The notes under the pieces were generated by a model. It saw only the letters and a program-made list of their open reading frames with translations, was not told where the DNA came from and made no database searches. A DNA stretch of 64,000 nucleotides, from the NCBI GenBank assembly GCA_000002435.2, contig CM018793.1; one strand, given 5' to 3'. The DNA comes from Giardia intestinalis (Eukaryota). Positions 37,673-46,180 of the stretch are shown piece by piece; the stretch's first letter is position 1, and each line of letters opens with the position of its first letter. A program made the position numbers and the translations under genes.

Positions 37673-39562
37673 ATGTCTGATCAGGAGATAATAGGTGATT
37701 ATCTGCTTGGAAGACAGCTTGGAACGGGTACCTTTGGAAAGGTGAGGGTTGCAACACATATCCCAACAAACTGCACTGTTGCAATCAAGATCCTTTCCAA
37801 GTCCAAGATCACTCAAATGAACATGTGGAGCAAGGTCGAGCGGGAGATCATGATCATGAAGATGGCTCGGCACCCGCACATCATCAATCTCTACGAGGTT
37901 ATTTACCGCGAGGACGACATCTACTTGGTTATGGAGTACGCAGAAGGAGGCGAGCTTTTTTCTTATATTGTGAAGCACAAGCGACTAGACTCTACTACGG
38001 CACGCAAGTTTTTCCAGCAGATCATCTCTGCCCTTAGCTATCTTCACATTAAGGTCTCAGTGACTCACCGGGACTTAAAGCCCGAAAACATTTTACTGAC
38101 TAAGAACAAGCTTATCAAACTCTCTGACTTCGGCCTCTCCAATGTCATGAGCGAGGGGGAGTTTCTCAAGACCTCGTGTGGCAGTCCTAACTATGCGTCT
38201 CCTGAAGTGGTCGCTGGGACCCTATACATTGGCCCTGCAACGGATATTTGGAGTGCTGGGTGTGTGCTCTACACGCTTTTGGTCGGCAGACTCCCGTTCG
38301 ACGACCACTATATGCCTGCGCTATTCCGAAAGATTAAAACAGGAGAATATGTTATACCAGATTATGTGGACTCGGGCGCAGCAGATATGCTTCGAGGGAT
38401 GATGACTGTGGATGTCGATAAGCGCTTTACGATAGACATTATCCGCGCACACCCGTGGTTTACCGTTAACCTCCCAAAGCACTTGCTGATCAGCTTCGAT
38501 AGCGATCCCAGCGACCGAGAGGAGGAGCTCCGGACCACAGATCAGGGGCAGCGCATAGTAGACATGTACAACGCCCTAAATCGGCAGTCCACCATTGACG
38601 ATATAAAGCGCAAATTCAAAGCGGGCCAAACAGACAGTGACACCGTTTGTTATCAGCTCATTCACGACCACATTTTCGATGAGATTATTGCGAGAAGCTT
38701 TGGCATTATCGGCGAACCCGAGAGCAACCCAGCAGGCGCAAACAGATCCATCTTCGACTCATCGTCCCTCTCTGCCCTCGGTAACGTGGCGTCTGGGGGC
38801 TCCGGAGATCACGAGGAGGACGCTATGGATCCTTCTGGTCCAGTGATATCCCAAAATCCGTTTGCTCCTCCTGAGGCAGTTGCACCTGCCAAGGGGCCTC
38901 TTCTACCCTCCCAGGAGCATGAGTTTTCCGGCCTGGTCTTTAACACATACGTTAGAACCCTGCCACCGACGCTTAATCCCGAGGCATCTCTGAGCCCAAA
39001 CGCCCGCAAAGTTGACGGCGCTGAAGCCGTTTCTTCTAATACCGATGATGGGTGCTATAACGATCAAACAAAGGTCGCCAGTGGTGGTTTGACCCTCGCC
39101 CAATTTCGCGACGGTCTCAACGGTTCACTAAGATCTGAAAAGGTTGACAAGAAGAGCATGTTTTATTTTGGCGTCACTGGGTGCAATATAGCAGTCATGC
39201 CTCCGCCGGATATGATGTGTCTCATACTGGAGACGATGCGTGAACTGGGATTCAAGTGGCGCATAGGGGGCTTGAATGCCTCCAAGTACTACGACTCAAA
39301 TATCGGACGTGACACAGTAGTGCTGAAAACAGATACGTCAAAAAAAAGGAACAACTTCTGTGTAGCATTTAAGCTTGTGAACCCTGCGTCTGCCATACAA
39401 AACGACCTGATAATAGGGCTGACACTTTATATTGCAATAGATCAGAGTAATCATGCCAATTATGTCGTTGATCTGCGAATGATAACCGGAGAGCTGAATC
39501 TATTCCTCCACTATGCACAAAGGATCGGGCAGGCCATCACAGAGCACTTTCGGGCGGGGTAG
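37673..39562 (+). CDS. AMP-activated / SNF1-family protein kinase catalytic (alpha) subunit
   Basis: MSDQEIIGDYLLGRQLGTGTFGKVRVATH...AIKIL..., VTHRDLKPENILL, KLSDFGLSNVMSEGEFLKTSCGSPNYASPEV, DIWSAGCVLYTLLVGRLPFDD. These are near-collinear with AMPK-alpha kinase domains, followed by a C-terminal regulatory region. The track start at GTG 37619 was moved to the first ATG. Confidence 0.85.
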   Translation: MSDQEIIGDYLLGRQLGTGTFGKVRVATHIPTNCTVAIKILSKSKITQMNMWSKVEREIMIMKMARHPHIINLYEVIYREDDIYLVMEYAEGGELFSYIVKHKRLDSTTARKFFQQIISALSYLHIKVSVTHRDLKPENILLTKNKLIKLSDFGLSNVMSEGEFLKTSCGSPNYASPEVVAGTLYIGPATDIWSAGCVLYTLLVGRLPFDDHYMPALFRKIKTGEYVIPDYVDSGAADMLRGMMTVDVDKRFTIDIIRAHPWFTVNLPKHLLISFDSDPSDREEELRTTDQGQRIVDMYNALNRQSTIDDIKRKFKAGQTDSDTVCYQLIHDHIFDEIIARSFGIIGEPESNPAGANRSIFDSSSLSALGNVASGGSGDHEEDAMDPSGPVISQNPFAPPEAVAPAKGPLLPSQEHEFSGLVFNTYVRTLPPTLNPEASLSPNARKVDGAEAVSSNTDDGCYNDQTKVASGGLTLAQFRDGLNGSLRSEKVDKKSMFYFGVTGCNIAVMPPPDMMCLILETMRELGFKWRIGGLNASKYYDSNIGRDTVVLKTDTSKKRNNFCVAFKLVNPASAIQNDLIIGLTLYIAIDQSNHANYVVDLRMITGELNLFLHYAQRIGQAITEHFRAG

Positions 39563-39724
39563 GAAACAGTATGAGGCGCACGCATCCTGCTTCCTGCTTG
39601 AGCGTAAAAGCAATCTTAGTAAATTAACTCCTATGCGAACGACAAGATCTGCGCCTCTCCCAGCTGGCAGTGTTTCTGCATCTGTCTAGCCTAGGTCACT
39701 CGACCACCATTAGCCTGCCTGCAG

Positions 39725-40753
39725 CTATTTCCGAAGCGTCTTGGTACCGCAACTCTTTGGGGTCTTCGCCCGGTCCTTCTTCGGGGTCTTTGCTTGTTCT
39801 TTTTTAGAGAGCCTTGGAGTCCTCGGACAGCTCTCTACTTCGGGGACCACCTCAGCGTGTGCAGTTTCTTCAGCGAGCTCTAGCAATGGCAAAGAGTTTC
39901 TCAAATGGTTAGGCGTTGAGCCATCAAAGGGGGTCAGCTGAGCCAGGTAATCTTTACCGTCTATTCTCACTGCGATGTAGTTCTGAGAATACTCAGCCGA
40001 TATATTTTGGCCCCCCGTGCCTCCATCAACGCGATCAGAGTTTGTCCAAGTATCAGGGTGTATCCTGCGACTGTATACGATTGTATCTGCGATCCCTCCC
40101 TTGGCAGGGGGGATGTAGTCAATGAGATAGGTGGACTCACCGTGACCCGGGTGAACAAACGATTTCGGTACAGTAGGTCGTCGATTCGGAGATGCTCCCT
40201 CATTCAGCTCATCAACGCTACTAGAGCGGGGAGCATACGGATTGTCACTTAGGTAGTCCTTGGATGTAACCTGTCTAGAGCCTGTACTGGTTTTAGTCGT
40301 TGCCTCGGTATTGTTGATGAAAGAACTTTGAGCAGCCTTTATAGAGGTTGGCTGGATGGGCAAGGAAGGGCTAGAATTGAAAACGGCAGGATTAGACGAT
40401 ATCTCGACGGGCTTCGACACAGATGAATTCTTCAACGAGGTTGACGCACAGTTTGATTTGTATTCCTCGTCATATTTAGAGCCATGCACACTTGATGCAT
40501 TAAGGACGGCAAGTCCCGATGCAGGGCGGCCGTAGCGGCTTCTCTCACTCTGGTAGGTCGAATAGTAGCTTGCGCTATAGTTCGAATGCAATCTTGACGG
40601 GTCTGATAGGGGCACAACGATGGAGTCTTGACTGTACTTAAGGGTGTACTCTGGCACTGCGCCCTTTACTGCTTCTTTTTTCACTTTAGCGGGGTAACTG
40701 CGAACCGTACTAACGTGGGCAGGTTGTTGTGGTTCTACCTGACTCGAGTACAT
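39725..40753 (-). CDS. Hypothetical Ser-rich protein
   Basis: 342-aa ATG ORF, Ser/Thr/Asn-rich with a basic C-terminus (KKEQAKTPKKDRAKTPK). I recognise no domain. Confidence 0.4.
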   Translation of the reverse strand: MYSSQVEPQQPAHVSTVRSYPAKVKKEAVKGAVPEYTLKYSQDSIVVPLSDPSRLHSNYSASYYSTYQSERSRYGRPASGLAVLNASSVHGSKYDEEYKSNCASTSLKNSSVSKPVEISSNPAVFNSSPSLPIQPTSIKAAQSSFINNTEATTKTSTGSRQVTSKDYLSDNPYAPRSSSVDELNEGASPNRRPTVPKSFVHPGHGESTYLIDYIPPAKGGIADTIVYSRRIHPDTWTNSDRVDGGTGGQNISAEYSQNYIAVRIDGKDYLAQLTPFDGSTPNHLRNSLPLLELAEETAHAEVVPEVESCPRTPRLSKKEQAKTPKKDRAKTPKSCGTKTLRK

Positions 40754-40944
40754 AATTTAATTTTAAACACCAAGGCGCAATTTGCACGCGTTCAACTCCA
40801 TCTTCAAGATAGGAATAAGTGCAGTTACAAGCGCAGCTACTAAGACCAGACACCACGCTGGAGGCTTTCTGAAAATGTTTAGAGGGTGGGTCTGTAACAC
40901 TCTCAACTGGGTGGCTGTTTGAGATAGATTCATGGATAAGGTAT

Positions 40945-43095
40945 ATGCACTATGGCAGGATGGGATGCTTCAGTTTCACCTGTGAGTGCCTGGGAGCCGT
41001 TTTGAGCCAAAATCTAACATTTACACAAAAGAAGTACCCTCTGCTTATGGCCGATTCTAGTATTCGAGAAGCCGTGGCCGAGATTGCTACTAGCAGTGCC
41101 TTAGATGCTGCCACCAGGAAGATTTTAGCTCAGTTTTTGCGTGACTATGACTCTGCTATGGCTGATAATCAGAAACTACGAACATCTCTGCTTTCACAAA
41201 AGAAAGAATGCAAGCACCATGAAGAATATATCGATTCTCTTAAGCACGCCCTATCAATTAGGGTTCATGACTTTGGGTTTGACTCTGAAGCCGGTGTAGA
41301 CGGCTTGATGCTAATAGGTACCCTGAAGAAAAACCTAAAGCAGGAGGTTGATGCACATCAGGATCTCCTCGAGGTTAACAAGGGCCTTGAGGAAAGACTC
41401 GCCAGTTGCAAGCAGACCCTTTCAGAGCTTCTGAAATCGTCTCAGGCTGCTGCAAAGAAGTTGAAGCAGGCACACGAAAAGTTGGACCTTTACGATACTA
41501 AGCTTAATATCTGGGCATCAGACCTGGCTACAGACGCTGACATAGAAAAAATAACGGCCAAGGTCCGTGAGTCTCGTGAGCTCCGAGAAGCCGTGGAAGA
41601 CATTTCTCTGGAGCTTAACATTATTCCAGAGCAGCCAATTTCCAAGCTCAAGAATGATTTGATGAAGACCATCACAGCTATGAAGTTAGCTATGCAGATA
41701 ATGGATAACGAACTGGAGCAAACCAAAGCAGAAAACCAAGATATGACTGCAATCCAGGAGCAGCTTACGAACACTGTTGCAGAGCAGGAGCAGATAATTG
41801 AAGCATCGCGACCAAGCCATGACTCCTCCTATGCTGAGGAGAAGGCCCGGCTCGAATTGATAATAGAAGACCTTAGAAAGGAGATCTCCAGGCTCCAAGT
41901 GGCCAATGAGCAAGTTTCTGGGCAACTTAAGGAGGCTGAGATCCTACTACAACGTCAAACCATTAGTAGCGTAGCAGGGAGAGACTCCTTTGCTGCAGAG
42001 AACGCCACAGATGCCTTGATAAATCACAGCACAAAAAGCGCTTCTAGCTGCTCTTATGGATTAGAGGTCACTGGCTCTGTTGTTAACACATTGGCATCTG
42101 AGTCAGCACCTGCAGCTTGCGCAATGAAGCTATCTGACCTTCAGCCCCGCCAAGAGGAGGATCAGTCGTCAAGGCTTCTCCAGAGTGAGGTGAGGGAATT
42201 TGCTGGACAGATAGATGCTTTGATACAAGAGAATAACTATCTCAGAGAGGACAAGCGTGAGCTAGAGCGACAAGTCGACGATCTACGTCAGATTATTGAG
42301 CACAAAGACATGAGTATTCAGCTCCTGAACGTCAAGGAAGCCAACAGCAAGTCACAGTTAGACGACTTGATCTTGGAGAATGTCCATTTAACGGAGGAGG
42401 TTCAACGAATCAAGCAGACAAGTGCTGCACCGCCCGCCTCAGTGGTAGATGAGCTCCTCAAGGACGAGGTTGCTGACCTTCGAACGCAGATTTCCCTTCT
42501 TGACAGACGGCTTCGCGAAAGTGAAGCTAGGAATAGCACGCTTCTCAGCGCGGTTTCGGGGTACGAGGACGTTCTACAGCAATCTCTTAACACAGTGGAG
42601 AAGCTTGCGAAGGGAGCAGCTCACGACCTAAATCAGGAGTTGGCACATACTAATAAATCGTCATCTGTACTCCCACAGACACTGAGCCAGACACCAGTAG
42701 AAGAGCCGCACCCTCTCTCCATCACAGATATAGCCTCAACAAAACTGTCAGCTATCAATGCAGCTCCAACTGGCGATGATGGACTGGTTGTTAATTATGA
42801 GCTTGGACCGGGAGATCAAATAGACTTACAGGCAACAGAAACAGGTCACAAGCTGAGCGGAGTCATTGGAGGCAATCACATATGCATCACTACCGCTCCG
42901 CTTCACTCAAGCACCAAGGATAGCTCGTTGGTGCACTCCAAGCACGTCTGTGCAAGCATAGCTGAGTCGACAGGGGATGATAGTAGGGGCCAGTCGATCA
43001 AGATGACTGTCGAAAAGATTATTAGCACATATCGCCAATTTGGTATTGACCTTCCCACTTCGATGATGGAACTGGAGGCCGAACTAGGTCTGTAA
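40945..43095 (+). CDS. Hypothetical long coiled-coil protein (start may be the internal ATG near 41047, MADSSIREAVAE...)
   Basis: 716 aa dominated by heptad-repeat sequence (..LEVNKGLEERLASCKQTLSELLKSSQAAAKKLKQAHEKLDLYDTKLN.., ..LRKEISRLQVANEQVSGQLKEAEILLQ..). Confidence 0.5.
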   Translation: MHYGRMGCFSFTCECLGAVLSQNLTFTQKKYPLLMADSSIREAVAEIATSSALDAATRKILAQFLRDYDSAMADNQKLRTSLLSQKKECKHHEEYIDSLKHALSIRVHDFGFDSEAGVDGLMLIGTLKKNLKQEVDAHQDLLEVNKGLEERLASCKQTLSELLKSSQAAAKKLKQAHEKLDLYDTKLNIWASDLATDADIEKITAKVRESRELREAVEDISLELNIIPEQPISKLKNDLMKTITAMKLAMQIMDNELEQTKAENQDMTAIQEQLTNTVAEQEQIIEASRPSHDSSYAEEKARLELIIEDLRKEISRLQVANEQVSGQLKEAEILLQRQTISSVAGRDSFAAENATDALINHSTKSASSCSYGLEVTGSVVNTLASESAPAACAMKLSDLQPRQEEDQSSRLLQSEVREFAGQIDALIQENNYLREDKRELERQVDDLRQIIEHKDMSIQLLNVKEANSKSQLDDLILENVHLTEEVQRIKQTSAAPPASVVDELLKDEVADLRTQISLLDRRLRESEARNSTLLSAVSGYEDVLQQSLNTVEKLAKGAAHDLNQELAHTNKSSSVLPQTLSQTPVEEPHPLSITDIASTKLSAINAAPTGDDGLVVNYELGPGDQIDLQATETGHKLSGVIGGNHICITTAPLHSSTKDSSLVHSKHVCASIAESTGDDSRGQSIKMTVEKIISTYRQFGIDLPTSMMELEAELGL

Positions 43096-43139
43096 ATGGA
43101 GTTAGAGAAAAAATTGAGAATTGAGCAAGGTCCGGGCAA

Positions 43140-43724
43140 ATGTTTTCTACAGCGGATGCCCTCGATATGGGGACCGACACTCAGCTGTCAGGTATCCGCA
43201 CAGACCTAATTAACGCCATGAATGCAAAGCCTCGGTATATCTTGAAGACGAATGCAAATATGGTTTCTTTCAAAGACATCCTCAGCGCCAGTGAGCAGGA
43301 CGGAAGCTACATGTATGCAGGTATTACGAAACCCGCAGACCGACTACTTGTCAGCCGTCTCCAACTTCATGACCAAGCTCTTTTGATTCACTCGGCCCCT
43401 GCACGCATGGCCGGGGCACATGCCATCGTGGAAGTTGCCGGACGGCCGCAAACATATTTCGATCTCAGTCTTCGACGGCAGGCCCATCGGGTTCCGCTCC
43501 GTTATATTCGAGCCTTACGACGAGTAATTCCACTCAAGCTCCTCGTTCAGGTTGGTCGAGAACTTGAGATAGAGCTATTCAGCGAAAAAAGACGACTGAC
43601 GATCGATCAAATTACGGAGGCTCAGTTTATAACATTGCTCAAGTTGGAGGAGAGCAGGGAAGAGGCAGATGGCGAGGCCACTAGACCGAGCGATAGCTCC
43701 TCACATAGCGATCTCAATTGTTAG
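43140..43724 (+). CDS. Hypothetical protein, 194 aa
   Basis: ATG ORF with ordinary composition. It is convergent with the phosphomevalonate kinase gene and overlaps its 3' end by about 24 bp. I recognise no domain. Confidence 0.35.
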   Translation: MFSTADALDMGTDTQLSGIRTDLINAMNAKPRYILKTNANMVSFKDILSASEQDGSYMYAGITKPADRLLVSRLQLHDQALLIHSAPARMAGAHAIVEVAGRPQTYFDLSLRRQAHRVPLRYIRALRRVIPLKLLVQVGRELEIELFSEKRRLTIDQITEAQFITLLKLEESREEADGEATRPSDSSSHSDLNC

Positions 43725-44780
43725 GTATCCATCGAAGGTATTGTCTGTAACAGCGGATGCTGTTATGCAAAGGAATGCATCATATCCTCCTGCTCCGACA
43801 CACATAGCACCCACAACCCTATCCTTGGCCATCAGCAGCTCGATAAGATCTGATATCTCCTTGGGCTCTATCTCTACTCCGTTCTCTGTAGAGAAGGACT
43901 TTTGAGCCTGCCGGTACTCTTGCAGCTGTTTCCGAATATCCTCGACTGAGCTCTTCTGGGCAACGAGGGCATTTATCAGGATCTCCGATGCCTTTATTAA
44001 ATGCTCATATGACTGTGTACTCCCATACGTTGATGTAAGCTTTTGCAGCTGCTTTGTCGTGGAGGTACCTCTATCGAGTTTGTGTTGGGGCTTGAGTAGG
44101 TAGAAGTGGAACTGTGGAAGCGACACTGACAGCGCCTTGGGAAGCTCATCTCCATGGGTTAGTATCTGCAACTGGGGCATGAGAGCAGACAGACACGAGC
44201 CTGACCGTGCAGCGTGGGCCAATTCACACACTTTTGAGTGATATTGACCGTTTTGCCTGTAAACTATTGGCACTTGACTTAGTACAGAAGCAACGTCGTA
44301 CCCGCTTGACTGACCCTGGACCAATAGGCAGCTGAAGTGGGCCAGGACAAAGGTCTCTGCTCCCCTGAGCTCGGCACCGATGCAGCTAGCGAGCTCCACA
44401 ATTGTACCAACAGTTACCATCGCTGATGATCCTATTCCCAGCTTTGCGCCAGGTGGCCTTGACTCCGATGTCCTCACTGTGATTTCCAATCTATCATGTT
44501 TTGTGCGTAGGTATGCTAGGAGTACAAGACAGGCTGTGCGGACAAAAGCGGTCTCGGGGTCCGATGCGGTATAAAGATCGGTCTTCTCAGCAGGAATCTC
44601 GACTGTGATAGACGACGCAGCCCGGGGGAGAACAAGTGTGATGAATCCGCGGCGCCCGGGGCCCACAGACACGATAACGTCCATGGTGGCAGACCTCACG
44701 GGCAGGGCGAGGCCGCAGCCCGCGGGGGCAAGCACTGCGTAGCCGCCGACGGCGAGGGTCTTCCCATGGAGACGCATCAC
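43701..44780 (-). CDS. Phosphomevalonate kinase (ERG8-type GHMP kinase)
   Basis: Collinear with yeast Erg8 blocks: LHGKTLAVGGYAVL (APGKALLAGGYLVL), PPGAKLGIGSSAMVTVGTIVELA (PKTGLGSSAGLVTVLTTAL, the GHMP ATP motif), GQSSGYDVASVL (GKIGSGFDVAAAAY), MCVGAGGYDAFLCI (LIPGAGGYDAIAVI). Confidence 0.75.
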   Translation of the reverse strand: MMRLHGKTLAVGGYAVLAPAGCGLALPVRSATMDVIVSVGPGRRGFITLVLPRAASSITVEIPAEKTDLYTASDPETAFVRTACLVLLAYLRTKHDRLEITVRTSESRPPGAKLGIGSSAMVTVGTIVELASCIGAELRGAETFVLAHFSCLLVQGQSSGYDVASVLSQVPIVYRQNGQYHSKVCELAHAARSGSCLSALMPQLQILTHGDELPKALSVSLPQFHFYLLKPQHKLDRGTSTTKQLQKLTSTYGSTQSYEHLIKASEILINALVAQKSSVEDIRKQLQEYRQAQKSFSTENGVEIEPKEISDLIELLMAKDRVVGAMCVGAGGYDAFLCITASAVTDNTFDGYLTIEIAM

Positions 44781-44839
44781 CTAATGCCACAATTCGGAAT
44801 GAGATATCACACCTGTCCCTTTTCTTGGGCTCAGGGCGC

Positions 44840-44922
44840 GCAACTTTGGCCGAGTGGTTAAGGCGCTGCGTTCAGGTCGCAGTGGGAGTCATCCCGCGTG
44901 GGTTCGAGCCCCACAGGTTGCA
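44840..44922 (+). tRNA. tRNA-Leu (anticodon CAG), class II with long variable arm
   Basis: Hand fold. Acceptor GCAACTT/AGGTTGC with one G-U pair. D-arm GCC-GAGTGGTTAA-GGC. Anticodon stem CTGCG/CGCAG with loop TTCAGGT, giving CAG. A 14-nt variable arm. T-arm GTGGG-TTCGAGC-CCCAC. Discriminator A. Confidence 0.85.
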
Positions 44923-44940
44923 CTTTGTCGCGCGCCACTT

Positions 44941-45375
44941 ACCATTACCTACCATTACCTACCATTACCTACCATTACCTACCATTACCTACCATTACCT
45001 ACCATTACCTACCATTACCTACCATACCTACCATTACCTACCATTACCTACCATTACCTACCATTACCTACCATTACCTACCATTACCTACCACCTACCA
45101 TTCCCTACCATTACCTACCATTACCTACCATTACCTACCATTACCTACCATTACCTACCATTACCTACCATTACCTACCATTACCTACCATTACCTACCA
45201 TTACCTACCATTACCTACCATTACCTACCATTACCTACCATTACCTACCATTACCTACCATTACCTACCATTACCTACCATTACCTACCATTACCTACCA
45301 TTACCTACCATTACCTACCATTACCTACCATTACCTACCATTACCTACCATTACCTACCATTACCTACCATTACC
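44941..45375. repeat. Microsatellite (ACCATTACCT)n, about 43 units and about 435 bp, imperfect in the first third
   Basis: Direct reading. The 10-bp unit is repeated continuously from 44941 to 45375. Variant units near 45021 (accatacct) and 45091-45110 (ccacctaccattccct) shift the phase. The array sits exactly between the 3' ends of two convergent tRNA genes. Confidence 0.95.
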
Positions 45376-45383
45376 GAAAAAAG
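45376..45383 (-). terminator. Oligo-T run (T6 on minus strand), putative Pol III terminator of tRNA-Met
   Basis: The plus strand reads gaaaaaag immediately 3' of the minus-strand tRNA-Met end. A run of at least 4 T is the canonical Pol III terminator. Confidence 0.5.
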
Positions 45384-45456
45384 TGCCTGTGGTGAGGCTT
45401 GAACTCACGACCTATAGCTTATGAGACTATCGCTCTGCCGACTGAGCTACACAGAC
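45384..45456 (-). tRNA. tRNA-Met (anticodon CAT), elongator type
   Basis: The reverse complement GTCTGTGTAGCTCAGTCGGCAGAGCGATAGTCTCATAAGCTATAGGTCGTGAGTTCAAGCCTCACCACAGGCA folds as a 73-nt cloverleaf. Acceptor GTCTGTG/CACAGGC with one G-U pair. Anticodon loop CTCATAA, giving CAT. T-loop TTCAAGC, which is elongator-like. It lacks the A1:U72 and triple-GC features of initiator tRNA. Confidence 0.85.
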
Positions 45457-45514
45457 GTGTCGATCTCACAAAAGAAATAACCTGCGTGCTCTTTCCTGTT
45501 GGATTATTCATTCG

Positions 45515-46096
45515 ATGCAGATGCAAGGGGCCGTCCGTGACGCACAGGCCAAGCCCTGCCGGTTCCACGAGTGCACGGGCTATTGCCGACACGGGACGGA
45601 GTGCCGGAATAGGCACGCGCTCTTCACAGACGGGCGAATGCTCATGCTCCGGAACATCATACCCCGGATCCAGCACAAGGACAAGGCCGAGCTCTACAAG
45701 TTCTACGACCATTGCTTCGAGGACATCTTCCTCCGCCTGGCGCAGCTCGGCCCCATGCAGGACTTCCTGGTAGCGGAGAACACGAACCATCTGGCAGGGA
45801 CGGTCTACGCACAGTATGCAAGCCAGGTGGCCGCGCAAGACGTGGCTTCTAAGCTATCTAATACATACTATGCTGGATTTCCGGTCAAAGCAGAGGTGAT
45901 AGGGGTGGAGAGCATCCATAAGACGCTCTGCAGGGACGAATATGCGTCGGGGAAGTCTGGGAGCAAGTGTGCCCATGGGCTCTCCTGCAGCTTTGTGCAC
46001 AAGTTCTTGCCCCAGCAGAAGATGTGGGAAGACATGAAGCTCCTCCTGGCCCCCAGCCAAAGGCAAGCGGGCTGTAGTCGTACCATTAAGAAGTGA
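45515..46096 (+). CDS. U2AF1: Splicing factor U2AF small subunit (U2AF35-like): CCCH zinc finger - UHM/RRM-like - CCCH zinc finger
   Basis: CRFHECTGYCRHGTECRNRHA (compare the U2AF35 pattern C..G.CRHGD.CSRLH), LMLRNIIP (ILIQNIY), FYDHCFEDIFLRLAQLG...HLAGTVYAQY (HYDEFFEEVF...HLVGNVYVKF), second zinc finger CRDEYASGKSGSKCAHGLSCSFVHK (CRQYEMGEC.RGGFCNFMHLK). Confidence 0.8.
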   Translation: MQMQGAVRDAQAKPCRFHECTGYCRHGTECRNRHALFTDGRMLMLRNIIPRIQHKDKAELYKFYDHCFEDIFLRLAQLGPMQDFLVAENTNHLAGTVYAQYASQVAAQDVASKLSNTYYAGFPVKAEVIGVESIHKTLCRDEYASGKSGSKCAHGLSCSFVHKFLPQQKMWEDMKLLLAPSQRQAGCSRTIKK

Positions 46097-46180
46097 AGGG
46101 ATGAAGGGAAAGTAAAGTGTAAAGCAAAATACAAAAAATAACAGCTCTTCTTAAAATTGGAAACAATTGGCTGCGCTGAG

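Noticed and set aside
44941-45375. CRISPR-array-like appearance of the regular short repeat
   Set aside because: The unit is 10 bp with no unique spacers, the surrounding genome is unmistakably eukaryotic, and it is a simple microsatellite.
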